A DNA stretch of 64,000 nucleotides, taken from the NCBI GenBank assembly GCA_963811165.1, contig CAWEQH010000001.1, forward strand, positions 512,001-576,000. The letters run 5' to 3'. Of the stretch, positions 1 through 9,737 are shown piece after piece. This stretch comes from an uncultured Nitrospiraceae bacterium (lineage in GTDB: Bacteria; Nitrospirota; Thermodesulfovibrionia; Thermodesulfovibrionales; UBA6898). The notes under the pieces were generated by a model that did no database searches, had not been told where the DNA came from, and saw only the letters and a program-made list of their open reading frames with translations. A program made the position numbers and the translations under genes. Numbering within the stretch: position 1 is the stretch's first letter; each line of letters starts with the position of its first letter.

Positions 1-650
1 ACCTGAGCATCTCCGAGAACCTCGATTTCGTCGCGCGGATGTATTCCATGAAGAACCGCAGCGAAGCCGTTCATGAAAGTATTGAGCGACTCGGGCTCAC
101 CGAGCGGAAGGACCAGCTCGCCGGCGAGCTTTCCGGCGGCTGGAAGCAACGGCTTGCCCTTGCCGCATGCATGCTCCATCAGCCGAAACTGCTTCTGCTC
201 GATGAACCTACGGCCGGCGTGGACCCGAAGGCACGCCGCGAATTCTGGGAGGAGATCCATCAGCTTGCCGGCCGGGGACTGACGTTCCTCATCGCAACGC
301 ACTACATGGATGAAGCCGAACGCTGCCATCGGCTGGCCTTCATCCTAAACGGCAATCTGCTCTCTTATGGCACTGAAGCCGAAGTGATCGAGCAATCTCA
401 CCTTACGACCTGGTCGGTCAGCGGTCCCGATTTGACCAAGCTCGCCCAGCAGCTTCGCACCCGGCCGGGGGTGGAGCAGACTGTAGTATTTGGCAATATG
501 CTTCATGTGAGCGGAGATGATGAGACCGCGCTCGAACAGGCCCTCACTCCGTTTCGGACCGGTCAGTATGAATGGCGCCGGGTCGATTCCGGCCTCGAGG
601 ATGTATTCATTCACCTTATGGACAGAGCGAAGAACGGCCTTTCGTCATGA
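1..650 (+). CDS. ABC transporter ATP-binding protein (5' end outside window)
   Basis: Signature LSGGWKQR, Walker B LLLLDEPTAGVD, H-loop THYMDEAE; the frame is open from the window edge. Confidence 0.93.
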   Translation, partial: LSISENLDFVARMYSMKNRSEAVHESIERLGLTERKDQLAGELSGGWKQRLALAACMLHQPKLLLLDEPTAGVDPKARREFWEEIHQLAGRGLTFLIATHYMDEAERCHRLAFILNGNLLSYGTEAEVIEQSHLTTWSVSGPDLTKLAQQLRTRPGVEQTVVFGNMLHVSGDDETALEQALTPFRTGQYEWRRVDSGLEDVFIHLMDRAKNGLSS

Positions 651-1789
651 ATAAGAGATGGGATTTTTCGTTCGCGCGTTTTTGGGCGATGGTTGTGAAG
701 GAGTTCATCCAGATGCGGCGGGACAGGGTGACCTTCGCGATCATGGTAGGCGTCCCGCTCCTGCAGCTTACCCTCTTTGGCTTTGCAATCAACTCCGACC
801 CGAAACATCTGCCTGCCGCCGTGCTCCTGGCAGACAACGGACCGCAGGGCCGCACGTTGCTGTATGCAATCCGGAACAGCGGTTACTATGACTTCGTCAG
901 ACAGTTAAAGACAGAATCCGAGGGGCATGACGCGCTCGCACGCGGCGAAGTCCAGTTCGTCATAAACATACCGGAGAATTTCTCCCGGGATCTTCTCCGG
1001 GGCGACAGACCCGCCATTCTCATCGAGGCGGATGCTACCGACCCTGCCGCCACCGGCAACGCCGTGGGTGCCCTGCGCACTCTGATGAACACCGCGTTAC
1101 AGAGCGATCTGAAGGGATCATTAGCCTTTTTGGCCGACGCTGACGGCCCTATCGATCTGCGCGTCCATTCGCTTTATAATCCCGAAGCCATTACGCAATA
1201 CAATATTGTACCCGGTCTCATGGGCGTTGTCCTGACGATGACCACGGTCATGATAACAGCGCTTGCGATCACTCGTGAACTCGAAAGCGGCACCATGGAA
1301 AACCTTCTCTCCATGCCGACGCGTCCCCTTGAGGTGCTTATCGGCAAGATCATCCCCTACATCCTTGTGGGCTACATTCAACTGGCGCTGATCCTCGCCG
1401 CCTCGCACTTTCTTTTTCATGTGCCGATGGTCGGAAGTCTCATCCTGCTGCTTGCGGTGGCGCTGGTTTTCATCGCTGCAAACCTGGCGATGGGCCTCAC
1501 CTTTTCCACTATAGCCAAGAACCAACGCCAGGCCATTCAGATGGCGTTTTTTTTCTTCTTGCCGTCGATACTTCTTTCGGGGTTTATGTTTCCCTTCCGG
1601 GGCATGCCGCAGTGGGCCCAGGTGATCGGGGAGATATTTCCTCTTACCCATTTCCTGAGGATCGTCCGGGGGATAGTGCTCAAGGGGAATGGATTCGAAG
1701 ATGTAATGCGGCAGCTATGGCAGATCGCCCTCTTTGCCGCGGTAGCGCTGACGGTCGGGGTGAAGCGCTACAGGAAAACGCTGGATTAG
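647..1789 (+). CDS. ABC-2 type transporter permease (YbhR/YbhS-like)
   Basis: ATG at 647 overlaps the upstream stop (ATGA); KEFIQMRRDR start, RELESGTMENLL motif, six hydrophobic segments. Confidence 0.92.
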   Translation: MNKRWDFSFARFWAMVVKEFIQMRRDRVTFAIMVGVPLLQLTLFGFAINSDPKHLPAAVLLADNGPQGRTLLYAIRNSGYYDFVRQLKTESEGHDALARGEVQFVINIPENFSRDLLRGDRPAILIEADATDPAATGNAVGALRTLMNTALQSDLKGSLAFLADADGPIDLRVHSLYNPEAITQYNIVPGLMGVVLTMTTVMITALAITRELESGTMENLLSMPTRPLEVLIGKIIPYILVGYIQLALILAASHFLFHVPMVGSLILLLAVALVFIAANLAMGLTFSTIAKNQRQAIQMAFFFFLPSILLSGFMFPFRGMPQWAQVIGEIFPLTHFLRIVRGIVLKGNGFEDVMRQLWQIALFAAVALTVGVKRYRKTLD

Positions 1790-1793
1790 CGTC

Positions 1794-3227
1794 ATGAGAA
1801 TATATGAATATATAAGGCCGCTGCTGCAACTTTCCTGCTGCTGCGCTGTCCTTGTCGCACTCTGCTCCTGTACCGTCGGGCCAAATTACAAAAGACCCGA
1901 TGTATCGAATATCACACCAAAAGACTGGCATTGGAAAATTGCCGAGCCGAAGGACACCGTTCCAAAGGGTGAATGGTGGAAGATTTTCAACGATCCTGTG
2001 CTCGATGAATTAGAAACGGGCGCCGTGGCCGACAACCAAAATCTTCAGGCGGCCGTCGCACGCGTCGATGAAGCCCGCGCCGCCGCAAGAATCAGCCGCA
2101 GCCGGTTTTTCCCGGAACTTTCCCTGGACCCTTTGTTGATGCGGGAGCGCACTTCCGCCAATCAGCCGACGCCGATCCCGATTCCGCCGCCATTTACGCT
2201 GTCTTCAGCACACCTGAACACATTCAGCGTCCCGTTCGATTTGAGTTACGAAGTGGACCTTTGGGGCCGGGTGAGAAGGTCCTTCGAAGCAGCGCGGGCG
2301 CAGGCAGAAGCCGGCGCCTCTGATTATCAAAACGTCCTCCTTACGCTCACCGCTGATGTTGCGGTAAACTATTTCCTGGTCCGTTCCCTGGATTCCGAAA
2401 TCGATACGCTCAGGCGGACTGTCGAACTGCGCAGAGAATCCGTCCGGATCTTGAATGACCGTTTTGAAACCGGCGCTATTTCAGAGATCGAGCTCGCCCG
2501 CGCAAAGACTGAACTGACCATTGCCGAGGCCGACCTGGCCGACACGACCCTGCAGAGGGCGGAGACCCTCAACGGTCTTGCACTGCTGTGCGGTAAGCCC
2601 GCTGGCTCTTTTGAAATTGCTGGCCGCCCGGTGACCGCCCCGCCGCCGCTTGTTCCGGCCGGGCTGCCCTCATCACTTCTGGAGAGGCGGCCGGACATCG
2701 CAAGCGCAGAGAGGAAACTGGTGGCCAGGAACGCCCAAGTCGGAGTGGCCGCGGCAGGCTATTTCCCAGTTCTCCGCTTAACGGGACAGGCGGGATACTT
2801 GTCAGCCAAAGCGGACAAATTGTTCTCAGATGACAGCCGGGTTTGGTCGGTTGGGCCCAATGTCACTATGCCGTTATTTACCGGGGGCCGGACGGCAGCC
2901 GAGGTAAAACAGGCCGAGGCGGCTTATCAGGAAGCGCTCGCTGAATATCGTCAGACCGTGCTTACCGCCTTCAAGGAGGTTGAAGACTCCCTTGCGCAAG
3001 TCGTCCTCCGCAGCGAACAGGCCGTCGCCCAGGGCAACGCGGTTGCCTTGGCCGAACGAGTAGCAAAACTGGTAAATGCCCGCTACGAGGCCGGTGCAAT
3101 CAGCCATCTTGAGGTGGCGGATGCCCAGCGGCAGTTGCTTCAGCAGCAACGGGGTGAGGCGGAGCTTGCGGGCCAGCGCTTTGCCGCCAGCATACGGCTG
3201 ATCAAGGCACTCGGGGGCGGATGGTAG
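1794..3227 (+). CDS. Efflux outer-membrane lipoprotein, NodT/OprM family
   Basis: Lipobox-like LCSC-TVGPNY, SYEVDLWGRVRR, PSSLLERRPDI, C-terminal LIKALGGGW. Confidence 0.93.
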   Translation: MRIYEYIRPLLQLSCCCAVLVALCSCTVGPNYKRPDVSNITPKDWHWKIAEPKDTVPKGEWWKIFNDPVLDELETGAVADNQNLQAAVARVDEARAAARISRSRFFPELSLDPLLMRERTSANQPTPIPIPPPFTLSSAHLNTFSVPFDLSYEVDLWGRVRRSFEAARAQAEAGASDYQNVLLTLTADVAVNYFLVRSLDSEIDTLRRTVELRRESVRILNDRFETGAISEIELARAKTELTIAEADLADTTLQRAETLNGLALLCGKPAGSFEIAGRPVTAPPPLVPAGLPSSLLERRPDIASAERKLVARNAQVGVAAAGYFPVLRLTGQAGYLSAKADKLFSDDSRVWSVGPNVTMPLFTGGRTAAEVKQAEAAYQEALAEYRQTVLTAFKEVEDSLAQVVLRSEQAVAQGNAVALAERVAKLVNARYEAGAISHLEVADAQRQLLQQQRGEAELAGQRFAASIRLIKALGGGW

Positions 3228-3853
3228 GGTCGTATTACCGGGGGCGGTATTCTGGTAGAAATGTGCATCTGATCAAGACGGGAAAAGGGGATCGAAGAGT
3301 GGCGACAAAAATATATCTGGGAATTCTCGGAATAAGGACTTGAACACTCAGCGGCCCGGAATCAAGGAGGGTGAATGAAAGAGCTGATTCCTGTTGAGAT
3401 AATAGAGAGAAGGATCTACATAGTCCGTGGACATAAGGTAATGTTGGATCGCGACTTAGCTGATCTTTACGGGGTAGAGACACGTGTCCTGAATCAGTCT
3501 GTTCGCAGGAATTCAGAGCGATTTCCTGAAGATTTTATGTTTGCTCTTACCCGCGACGAGATCATGAACTTATCACAAATTGTGATAAGTTCCCGCATAA
3601 AGCATGCCCCCAATGTCTTTGTTTTCACCGAGCAGGGAGTTGCAATGCTCGCAGGCGTACTGAACAGCGGCAGAGCAGTCCAGGTCAACATAGCCATTAT
3701 GAGGACTTTTGTGAAGCTTCGGGAAATGCTCTCCTCGAACAAGGAACTTTCCTCCAAATTAAAGCTGCTTGAAACGTATCTTCTTTTTTAAAACTGCGAG
3801 GAACTCCATATGCTGCAATGATTCGTGGGCGATTTCCGATTTCAAGAAAATGG

Positions 3854-5485
3854 CTACAATTTTACCTTAAGCAGATCGAGAATCTTTTGCTGATTGTTAT
3901 CGGGAGTGCAAACTATTCTGCACGAAGCCCCCTGCATTTGAAGTGTCTGTCTTCTTATGCTCTTTAATCTCTCAATCACATACTCAAATGTCCACTTACG
4001 GTTTTTATTCTTGCCGTCAGACTGAAACAGAGGTTTCAGCCTCTGGTTCATATGCCACTGCAAGTAATAGGCAAGTATGCAAATAAACACATGACAGCGG
4101 ATTCGCTCATCTGTTTTGTGATAAACGGGCCGCACTTCAAGTTGTACGCTTTTTAGGTTACGAAAAGCCTGTTCTACAAGCGCGAGCTTTTTATATGCCG
4201 CAACTATTTCCTGTTTTGCCATCAGCCCGGCAGGAACATCGGAGGCAATTATATAACAGCCGTCAATCAATTCCTCAGCCTCGATCTTATCTGTTTTGAA
4301 TTTCCAGGTGAGATGCCCATCCTGTACTGCCCACTCTACGAATTTCTCTGTCTTTGTCTTTCCAAAAATCTTTCCTACTCTTGCCGCTATCTTCTCGGTT
4401 GTCGACTTCCGTTTTGATTGGGCTATCCTGTCTAATGCTTTTCTGGTGACCTCAAGCAAGCCTTTGCGTGTAGTTGCTTCCCTCGTTGCGGTTTTTGGAT
4501 TACGGCATAAACAGTATCGCCGTGCCGGGTCTTGGGGATCCACTACTTCAACAATCTCCTTTTCATCAAACATGTCCACCTGGATCACCTTGCGTTGCAA
4601 AAGCTCGTTTATCTGACGGTGAGTTAATGCCGATACTGTATTGAGCCCTTTCACATCTTTGACCTTCTCGTAATTGGCATGAGTGACCATTCCGCGATCC
4701 CCAACAAAAATTATCTCCTGTATCCCGTATCTTTTCTGCACCTCAGCTATCTTATCGAGGACCGTTTGGGCATCCTGCGTATTTCCAGGGAAAACTTCCA
4801 CACCCACAGGGCAGCCATCAGGACTGCAAAGCAGCCCTATCACCATCTGTTCATGCCCCCGCTTACCGTCACGGTTATATCCGAATTTAACGATCTCACT
4901 GTCTTCATACTCGCCTTCAAAATAGCTGCTGGTTATATCGTAAAGTACAAGCGCCCCGTTTCGGAGATGCTTTTTCGCCAATGTCATTTGGATCGCATCC
5001 TGCCTCTGTAAAAGACGATCCATAGGCCCATAGCACTGTTTATCTACGTCAACCGCCCCTTCTATCCCGCAGAGTTCCCATAGTGCCGTGTCCTCCCATC
5101 TGTGCGATAACGCCAGCTTGCTGCCGCTATATACCAGACGGCCGACTATCATGGCGAGACAGTCTTTAACCCACTGCTCGGAATATCTCGAATAGATCAT
5201 TTTGTCCAACTCTAATTCCTTCGCCAACTGCAATGCCGCATAGGAAGCGCCGTACTCCTTCGATTCTGTAACTTTTTGAGCGTCGGCTGAACCCCTTACC
5301 AGCACATCGCCTCTGAAGGCGGCCTGTATGAGCTTTAATTGTTCAAGGCTCATATCCTTGATGGTCCCATGAGTTGTGTGTCTGATTTCGCCCTTCTCAC
5401 GGAATGTGGTGCGGATGACCCCGTAACACTTGTTGCCGGAGGTTTGTATTTCGAGGTGGGGACGTGGCTTCTTCTTTAATGGCAT
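3854..5485 (-). CDS. IS1634-family DDE transposase
   Basis: YDITSSYFEG, FGYNRDGK, VFPGNTQD, FVGDRGM, VEQAFRNLKS and RPVYH...RIRCHVFIC motifs. Start placed at ATG 5485, just behind the promoter. Confidence 0.9.
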   Translation of the reverse strand: MPLKKKPRPHLEIQTSGNKCYGVIRTTFREKGEIRHTTHGTIKDMSLEQLKLIQAAFRGDVLVRGSADAQKVTESKEYGASYAALQLAKELELDKMIYSRYSEQWVKDCLAMIVGRLVYSGSKLALSHRWEDTALWELCGIEGAVDVDKQCYGPMDRLLQRQDAIQMTLAKKHLRNGALVLYDITSSYFEGEYEDSEIVKFGYNRDGKRGHEQMVIGLLCSPDGCPVGVEVFPGNTQDAQTVLDKIAEVQKRYGIQEIIFVGDRGMVTHANYEKVKDVKGLNTVSALTHRQINELLQRKVIQVDMFDEKEIVEVVDPQDPARRYCLCRNPKTATREATTRKGLLEVTRKALDRIAQSKRKSTTEKIAARVGKIFGKTKTEKFVEWAVQDGHLTWKFKTDKIEAEELIDGCYIIASDVPAGLMAKQEIVAAYKKLALVEQAFRNLKSVQLEVRPVYHKTDERIRCHVFICILAYYLQWHMNQRLKPLFQSDGKNKNRKWTFEYVIERLKSIRRQTLQMQGASCRIVCTPDNNQQKILDLLKVKL

Positions 5486-5492
5486 GGCTACT

Positions 5493-5521
5493 ATTATAGA
5501 GTATAACAATAGCTATGTCAA
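5493..5521 (-). promoter_or_regulatory. Consensus sigma70 promoter of the transposase
   Basis: Minus strand TTGACA-N17-TATAAT, 7 nt before the ATG. Confidence 0.8.
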
Positions 5522-5841
5522 GTATAAAATGCTAATTTATATGGCTACATTTGAAAGCCAAAAATCCAGTAGCATCTTGCCAAATATGGATTTATTGGTG
5601 TTTTCATAAAAGAAAATACGTTGAAAACAGGATAGAAAAGCATGATGGCGAGATAAAAGCCATTTTCGGCGCTATTCGACAGTTGATGGCGCCGCCGGAT
5701 AAGGCGAAGGTGATAAAGGGATTTGGGAAAGGGAATGAATAGACGGAAGGTCAATAGGCTGAAGGGTTTAGCGTAGTCGCCACTTTTTTTTACCGGATGC
5801 TTTTTGTCATTATGCGTGTGAGTCAATGGTTAACCGTGGCA

Positions 5842-5914
5842 GGGGCAGGCTTTATATTATTGAATTTGATTGTATTCGCGAGGGTGCAATAACAAAAAAG
5901 CAAGGCCTGACCCC
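5842..5914. repeat. Degenerate GGG(T)CAG...CTGACCC inverted-repeat element
   Basis: GGGGCAGGC...TTATTG (5857-5862) / CAATAA (5887-5892)...GCCTGACCCC. Confidence 0.5.
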
Positions 5915-5955
5915 CTCACTGGCCGCAAATTTTAGGGGACGGAAGGTAAACGCCA

Positions 5956-6225
5956 ATGTGCAGAAACATAAAGACCCTCTTTAACTTCGAACCGCCTGTG
6001 ACGGACGAAGAGATCCGCGATGCTGCGCTTCAATTTGTAAGAAAAGTGAGTGGCTTTCATAAACCATCGAAGGCCAACGAAGCTGCATTTTTTGCGGCTG
6101 TCGATGAGATATCGGTGGCTTCAAGAAACCTTCTAAGCTCACTTGAGACGAACGCGCCGCCTAAGCATCGGGAAGATGCAGCTGTGAAAGCCCGGGCACG
6201 CGCTCAAAAGAGATTTTCAACGTGA
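5956..6225 (+). CDS. DUF2277-family small protein
   Basis: Characteristic MCRNIKTLFNFEPP...AALQFVRKVSG start. Confidence 0.85.
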   Translation: MCRNIKTLFNFEPPVTDEEIRDAALQFVRKVSGFHKPSKANEAAFFAAVDEISVASRNLLSSLETNAPPKHREDAAVKARARAQKRFST

Positions 6226-6710
6226 CCTTGGGAGCCTGAGGGACACGAATCAACAATCCGGTGTGATGACCCTTTTGTTGCTTTCCCACTTGCTGTACTG
6301 TCTGTATTTGCCTGATGCCTGTTTGCTTATACACTCCACCTGATACACACTGCGGTTATCATCTCAGAAATGAGGATTTTCGCTTATAGCAGGTAAAATC
6401 TGTTTTCTCTTCCTTCCTGTAGTCCGCATAAGTCGAGAAGGTTGAAATGATACACGATTCACCTCCAACTACTCGCCTGGAGACTGACAACAATTATAAA
6501 GATTAGCGAAAGAAACCATGATTTAACGCTGAATTAAGCGGCTTGACCGCTTGTATGTTTGGTTGGAAATCAGGCACTCGAACCATTTCAATGTGCGGCC
6601 CTCTGGCGTCCTCCTCTTTTGCTATCTCTATAAGGCGCAAAGCATTCTGAGAACCAACGTCCCCAAAACGCCACTTGGACAGGGGGAGGGACGCTGGACA
6701 TCCGGACTGA

Positions 6711-8153
6711 TTAATTTTTCGGCTTGTAAGCAAGAGTCTGGAGTTCTTTTATACTCTGCTTGTCGACAAGCTGGATGACATTGGTTGTTCCTGTCTTTAT
6801 TGAGTGACGGCTGATGGTGACGATAAACTGTTCTTCCGGATTAATTTTCTTCTGCTTTACCGCTCTTTTATAAAAATTCAAAATCGCCTTATCGCTGTCC
6901 TGGTACTTTCTGTCGACTAAAACTGATTCGACACCCCAGACAACGGCCAATCGCCGGTGTGTTTTTTCATTGCTTGTAACTGCAATAATGCTAACCTTCG
7001 GACGCTGACGGGCAATCATCAATGCGGTCAAGCCTGTTTCGGTAAACGTGACGATTGCCGAAACCTCAATTCGTTGGGAAAGGGCAACCGCTGCAGCCGC
7101 CATTGCTTTTCGGTTGTCCCGCATTTCAACAACTTCCCGATACCTTGGATAATATTTCTCTGTTTCGTTTATCGTGGCAGAAATAACTTTTACTGCCTCT
7201 TCGGGAAAATCCCCGACAGTTGTTTCATCAGAAAGCATCACTGCATCCGCGCCATCCAAGACCGCATTAGCAATATCAGAGACCTCTGCCCTGGTAGGAT
7301 ACGGTGAGGACACCATTGACATCAGCATCTGGGTCGCAATGATCACCGGCAATCCCTTTTCCCTCGCCTTTGCAATGATCTGCTTCTGTATAACAGGTAT
7401 GACATATGGTCCCATCTCAACACCCAGGTCCCCCCTGGCGATCATCAAACCGTCCGCTTCGAGAATAATGTCTTCTATGTTTTCCAGGGCGGAACTTTTT
7501 TCTATCTTGGCAAAAACAGGTACATACTCTCCTGCCATTTTAATAAGCTTTTTGGCCTCTCGGATGTCATCAGCAGACTGAACAAAAGAGAGTGCGATGA
7601 GATCTATTTTCTGGGATATACCGAATTTAATATCTTCTTTGTCTTTTTGGGTGATCGCTGACATCTTGATCTGACCCACAGGCAGATTCACACCTTTTCC
7701 AGTGGTAAGCTTCCCCCCGGTTAAGATTCTTACAGTGACCTTGTCGGAATCTATACTTTCAACAGTTGAACGTATAGTACCGTCGGCAAAATAAACCTGA
7801 TCACCAATGGACACCCCATCAAGGATTTTGGGATAGTTGATGGAGATACAGTTCTGTGCCTCTTTGGGAGGGTTTTTTCTCCAGATATCGAGAAGATTGT
7901 TTTCAATCAACTGGATAGGTTCCATCGGCTTTACCCGGATTTTGGGCCCGGAAATGTCCTGAAGCAAGGCTATCGGCCTGTCAAGCTGTTCTGCAAGACG
8001 TCGTACATCTTTGATAAGCTTTGCATGGAAATCATGATCACCATGGCTAAAATTGAGGCGAAAAACATTAACCCCCAGGAGTATCAGTCTTTCAATAATG
8101 GCTTTATCGGCTGTTGCCGGTCCCAGGGTTGCAATTATCTTCGTTCTGGTCAT
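6711..8153 (-). CDS. pyk: Pyruvate kinase
   Basis: TKIIATLGPAT, RLNFSHG, AKIEK, MIARGDLGVE, ATQMLMSM, PTRAEVSD; GAAGGAG RBS. Confidence 0.97.
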   Translation of the reverse strand: MTRTKIIATLGPATADKAIIERLILLGVNVFRLNFSHGDHDFHAKLIKDVRRLAEQLDRPIALLQDISGPKIRVKPMEPIQLIENNLLDIWRKNPPKEAQNCISINYPKILDGVSIGDQVYFADGTIRSTVESIDSDKVTVRILTGGKLTTGKGVNLPVGQIKMSAITQKDKEDIKFGISQKIDLIALSFVQSADDIREAKKLIKMAGEYVPVFAKIEKSSALENIEDIILEADGLMIARGDLGVEMGPYVIPVIQKQIIAKAREKGLPVIIATQMLMSMVSSPYPTRAEVSDIANAVLDGADAVMLSDETTVGDFPEEAVKVISATINETEKYYPRYREVVEMRDNRKAMAAAAVALSQRIEVSAIVTFTETGLTALMIARQRPKVSIIAVTSNEKTHRRLAVVWGVESVLVDRKYQDSDKAILNFYKRAVKQKKINPEEQFIVTISRHSIKTGTTNVIQLVDKQSIKELQTLAYKPKN

Positions 8154-8224
8154 GTAATCTCCTTCACCGATGAATTGTTAAGCTTGCGGCGTATCCGCTG
8201 GTTTTGAGGTTGCAGAATTGATTG

Positions 8225-8284
8225 GGGTCAGAGTAAAATCAATTATATTATTCATCGGTTCCTCAGTTAATTTTACTCTGACCC
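8225..8284. repeat. Perfect 15-bp inverted repeat (GGGTCAG family)
   Basis: GGGTCAGAGTAAAAT (8225-8239) / ATTTTACTCTGACCC (8270-8284), 30-nt AT-rich spacer. Confidence 0.8.
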
Positions 8285-8786
8285 GAATTATAGATATTCA
8301 TGCTTCCAGACGGTTAGCGTGGCCCGCCCCACTCTCCCCCGTTTTTCAGAAGGCTAACAAGTTATTGAGTAGTTTCTCGTTATCTTACGGAAAGCCGCAG
8401 ACTTTGACAAGGATTTTATAGTATTTTGGGGATATAAGGACACTTCCTAACTCGTTATCTACAAGCAACTATTTCCAAAAGAATGTGACACTACTTACAA
8501 ATACATGAAAACTGCGGACTCCAAGGGGAACTTCTTAAAGTCGCAGGCAGTCGTAAAATGTTGAGTAGTCGGTGGACTCGGTAAACGACCCCTGCGCATT
8601 TCCAAGAATAAACGGCAATATGATCAGTCGCCCAGCCGGTCTCGACTTCTGTGAGTAGTTCCTATCGAAGCTCTCTTCGTTATGGGTGAATGTTTGTGGC
8701 TGTTTCTCGCCTTCATATTTTTCTGAGAGCGTTTTATTTCAAAATAATAATTTCGACGGCGTTTTGTTTCTTAAGGATGGTAACCC

Positions 8787-9737
8787 CTAGTTTAGGGATT
8801 TTTCTACCCGATTTCTTCCGGATGCTTTGGCCTTATAAAGCGCATCATCGGTTCGTCGTGTGAGGCTGAAGACATCGTCGTCATCATTGAGTTGAGCGAC
8901 ACCAAAACTGCAGGTGATTCTCTGCTGTCCTCTGATCCATAATGCTTCTGTTTCCGCCCGGAGGTGCTCCGCAAACAGCGCCGCCGTCTCCAACGCATTG
9001 TGTGTCAACAAAATCATGAATTCCTCGCCTCCCCATCGGGCAAAATAGTCGTGTTTTCTGACATGCTTCGATATGTGCGCGGTAAGTTGCTGCAAGACAG
9101 CATCGCCTATATGATGGCCGCAGGTATCGTTTATCGTTTTGAAATGGTCTATATCGAACATAACGAGCGAGAGGGGAATCTTGTGCCGCTTGGACCTGCT
9201 TATTTCCTTCATAAGCATCTGATCAAATTTCAGCCTGTTATAGATGCCTGTAAGGGGATCAGTCGTCGCCTGCTGCTCAAGGAGTTGATTGGCTTTCTTT
9301 AACGCTTCCTCGGTTTTCTTTTGTGTCGTAACGTTGTCCAGCACGAGAAGAACAAACGTATTATTATCATGGCTAAAGGCAGTTGTTGTCACACTGAAGA
9401 AAACGCACTCTACGCTGCCATCATAGCTGAGTTCCATCTCCGCCGCTTCACCGCAGACATCCTGGCCTTCAAATGCCCTGTATACAGAGTTTCTAATTAC
9501 ACACTCCGTGCACCACTGTGAGCCTCCACATCCTTCAGCTGTCGCATTGGCGTGCAGGCAATGCAGTATTTCCCCTCCTCTTTTCATCAAGACTTTTTCT
9601 TTTGCCGATCCGACAACCTGGGACGCTGCCCGATTCAAATGGATGATTCTCACATCATAATCCACTATGAACAACATAGCCGGCACAGCGTCTATCAACT
9701 TTTGCAGGAATGTGCTATCTTTCACAAAATCATTCAT
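8787..9737 (-). CDS. PAS-domain diguanylate cyclase
   Basis: TDPLTGIYNR, DIDHFK, RKHD I-site and GGEEF active site, LYKAKASGRN. Confidence 0.93.
   Translation of the reverse strand: MNDFVKDSTFLQKLIDAVPAMLFIVDYDVRIIHLNRAASQVVGSAKEKVLMKRGGEILHCLHANATAEGCGGSQWCTECVIRNSVYRAFEGQDVCGEAAEMELSYDGSVECVFFSVTTTAFSHDNNTFVLLVLDNVTTQKKTEEALKKANQLLEQQATTDPLTGIYNRLKFDQMLMKEISRSKRHKIPLSLVMFDIDHFKTINDTCGHHIGDAVLQQLTAHISKHVRKHDYFARWGGEEFMILLTHNALETAALFAEHLRAETEALWIRGQQRITCSFGVAQLNDDDDVFSLTRRTDDALYKAKASGRNRVEKSLN

Larger units (their letters stand above)
3775..5620 (-). mobile_element. Complete insertion sequence, IS1634 family, 1846 bp
   Basis: Direct repeat TTGAAA at 3769-3774 and 5621-5626. Terminal IRs CGTATCTTCTTTTTTAAAA / CGTATTTTCTTTTATGAAA (16/19). 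One long transposase ORF. Confidence 0.92.
3375..5742 (+). pseudogene. ORF6N/KilA-N domain DNA-binding protein interrupted by an IS (3375-3774 + 5627-5742; 171 aa when rejoined)
   Basis: IRGHKVMLDRDLA-like start, RFPEDFMF and FTEQGVAML motifs. Removing 3775-5626 restores the in-frame KLLE-NRIEKHDGEIKAIF...KGFGKGNE*. Confidence 0.9.

Noticed and set aside
6384..6455. 23-codon GTG ORF on the minus strand behind GGAGGT
   Set aside because: Too short, with no recognisable motif or other support.
8160..8460. Integron attC/attI sites around pyk
   Set aside because: Only scattered TAAC/GTTA words; no complete paired R and L boxes and no integrase in the window.
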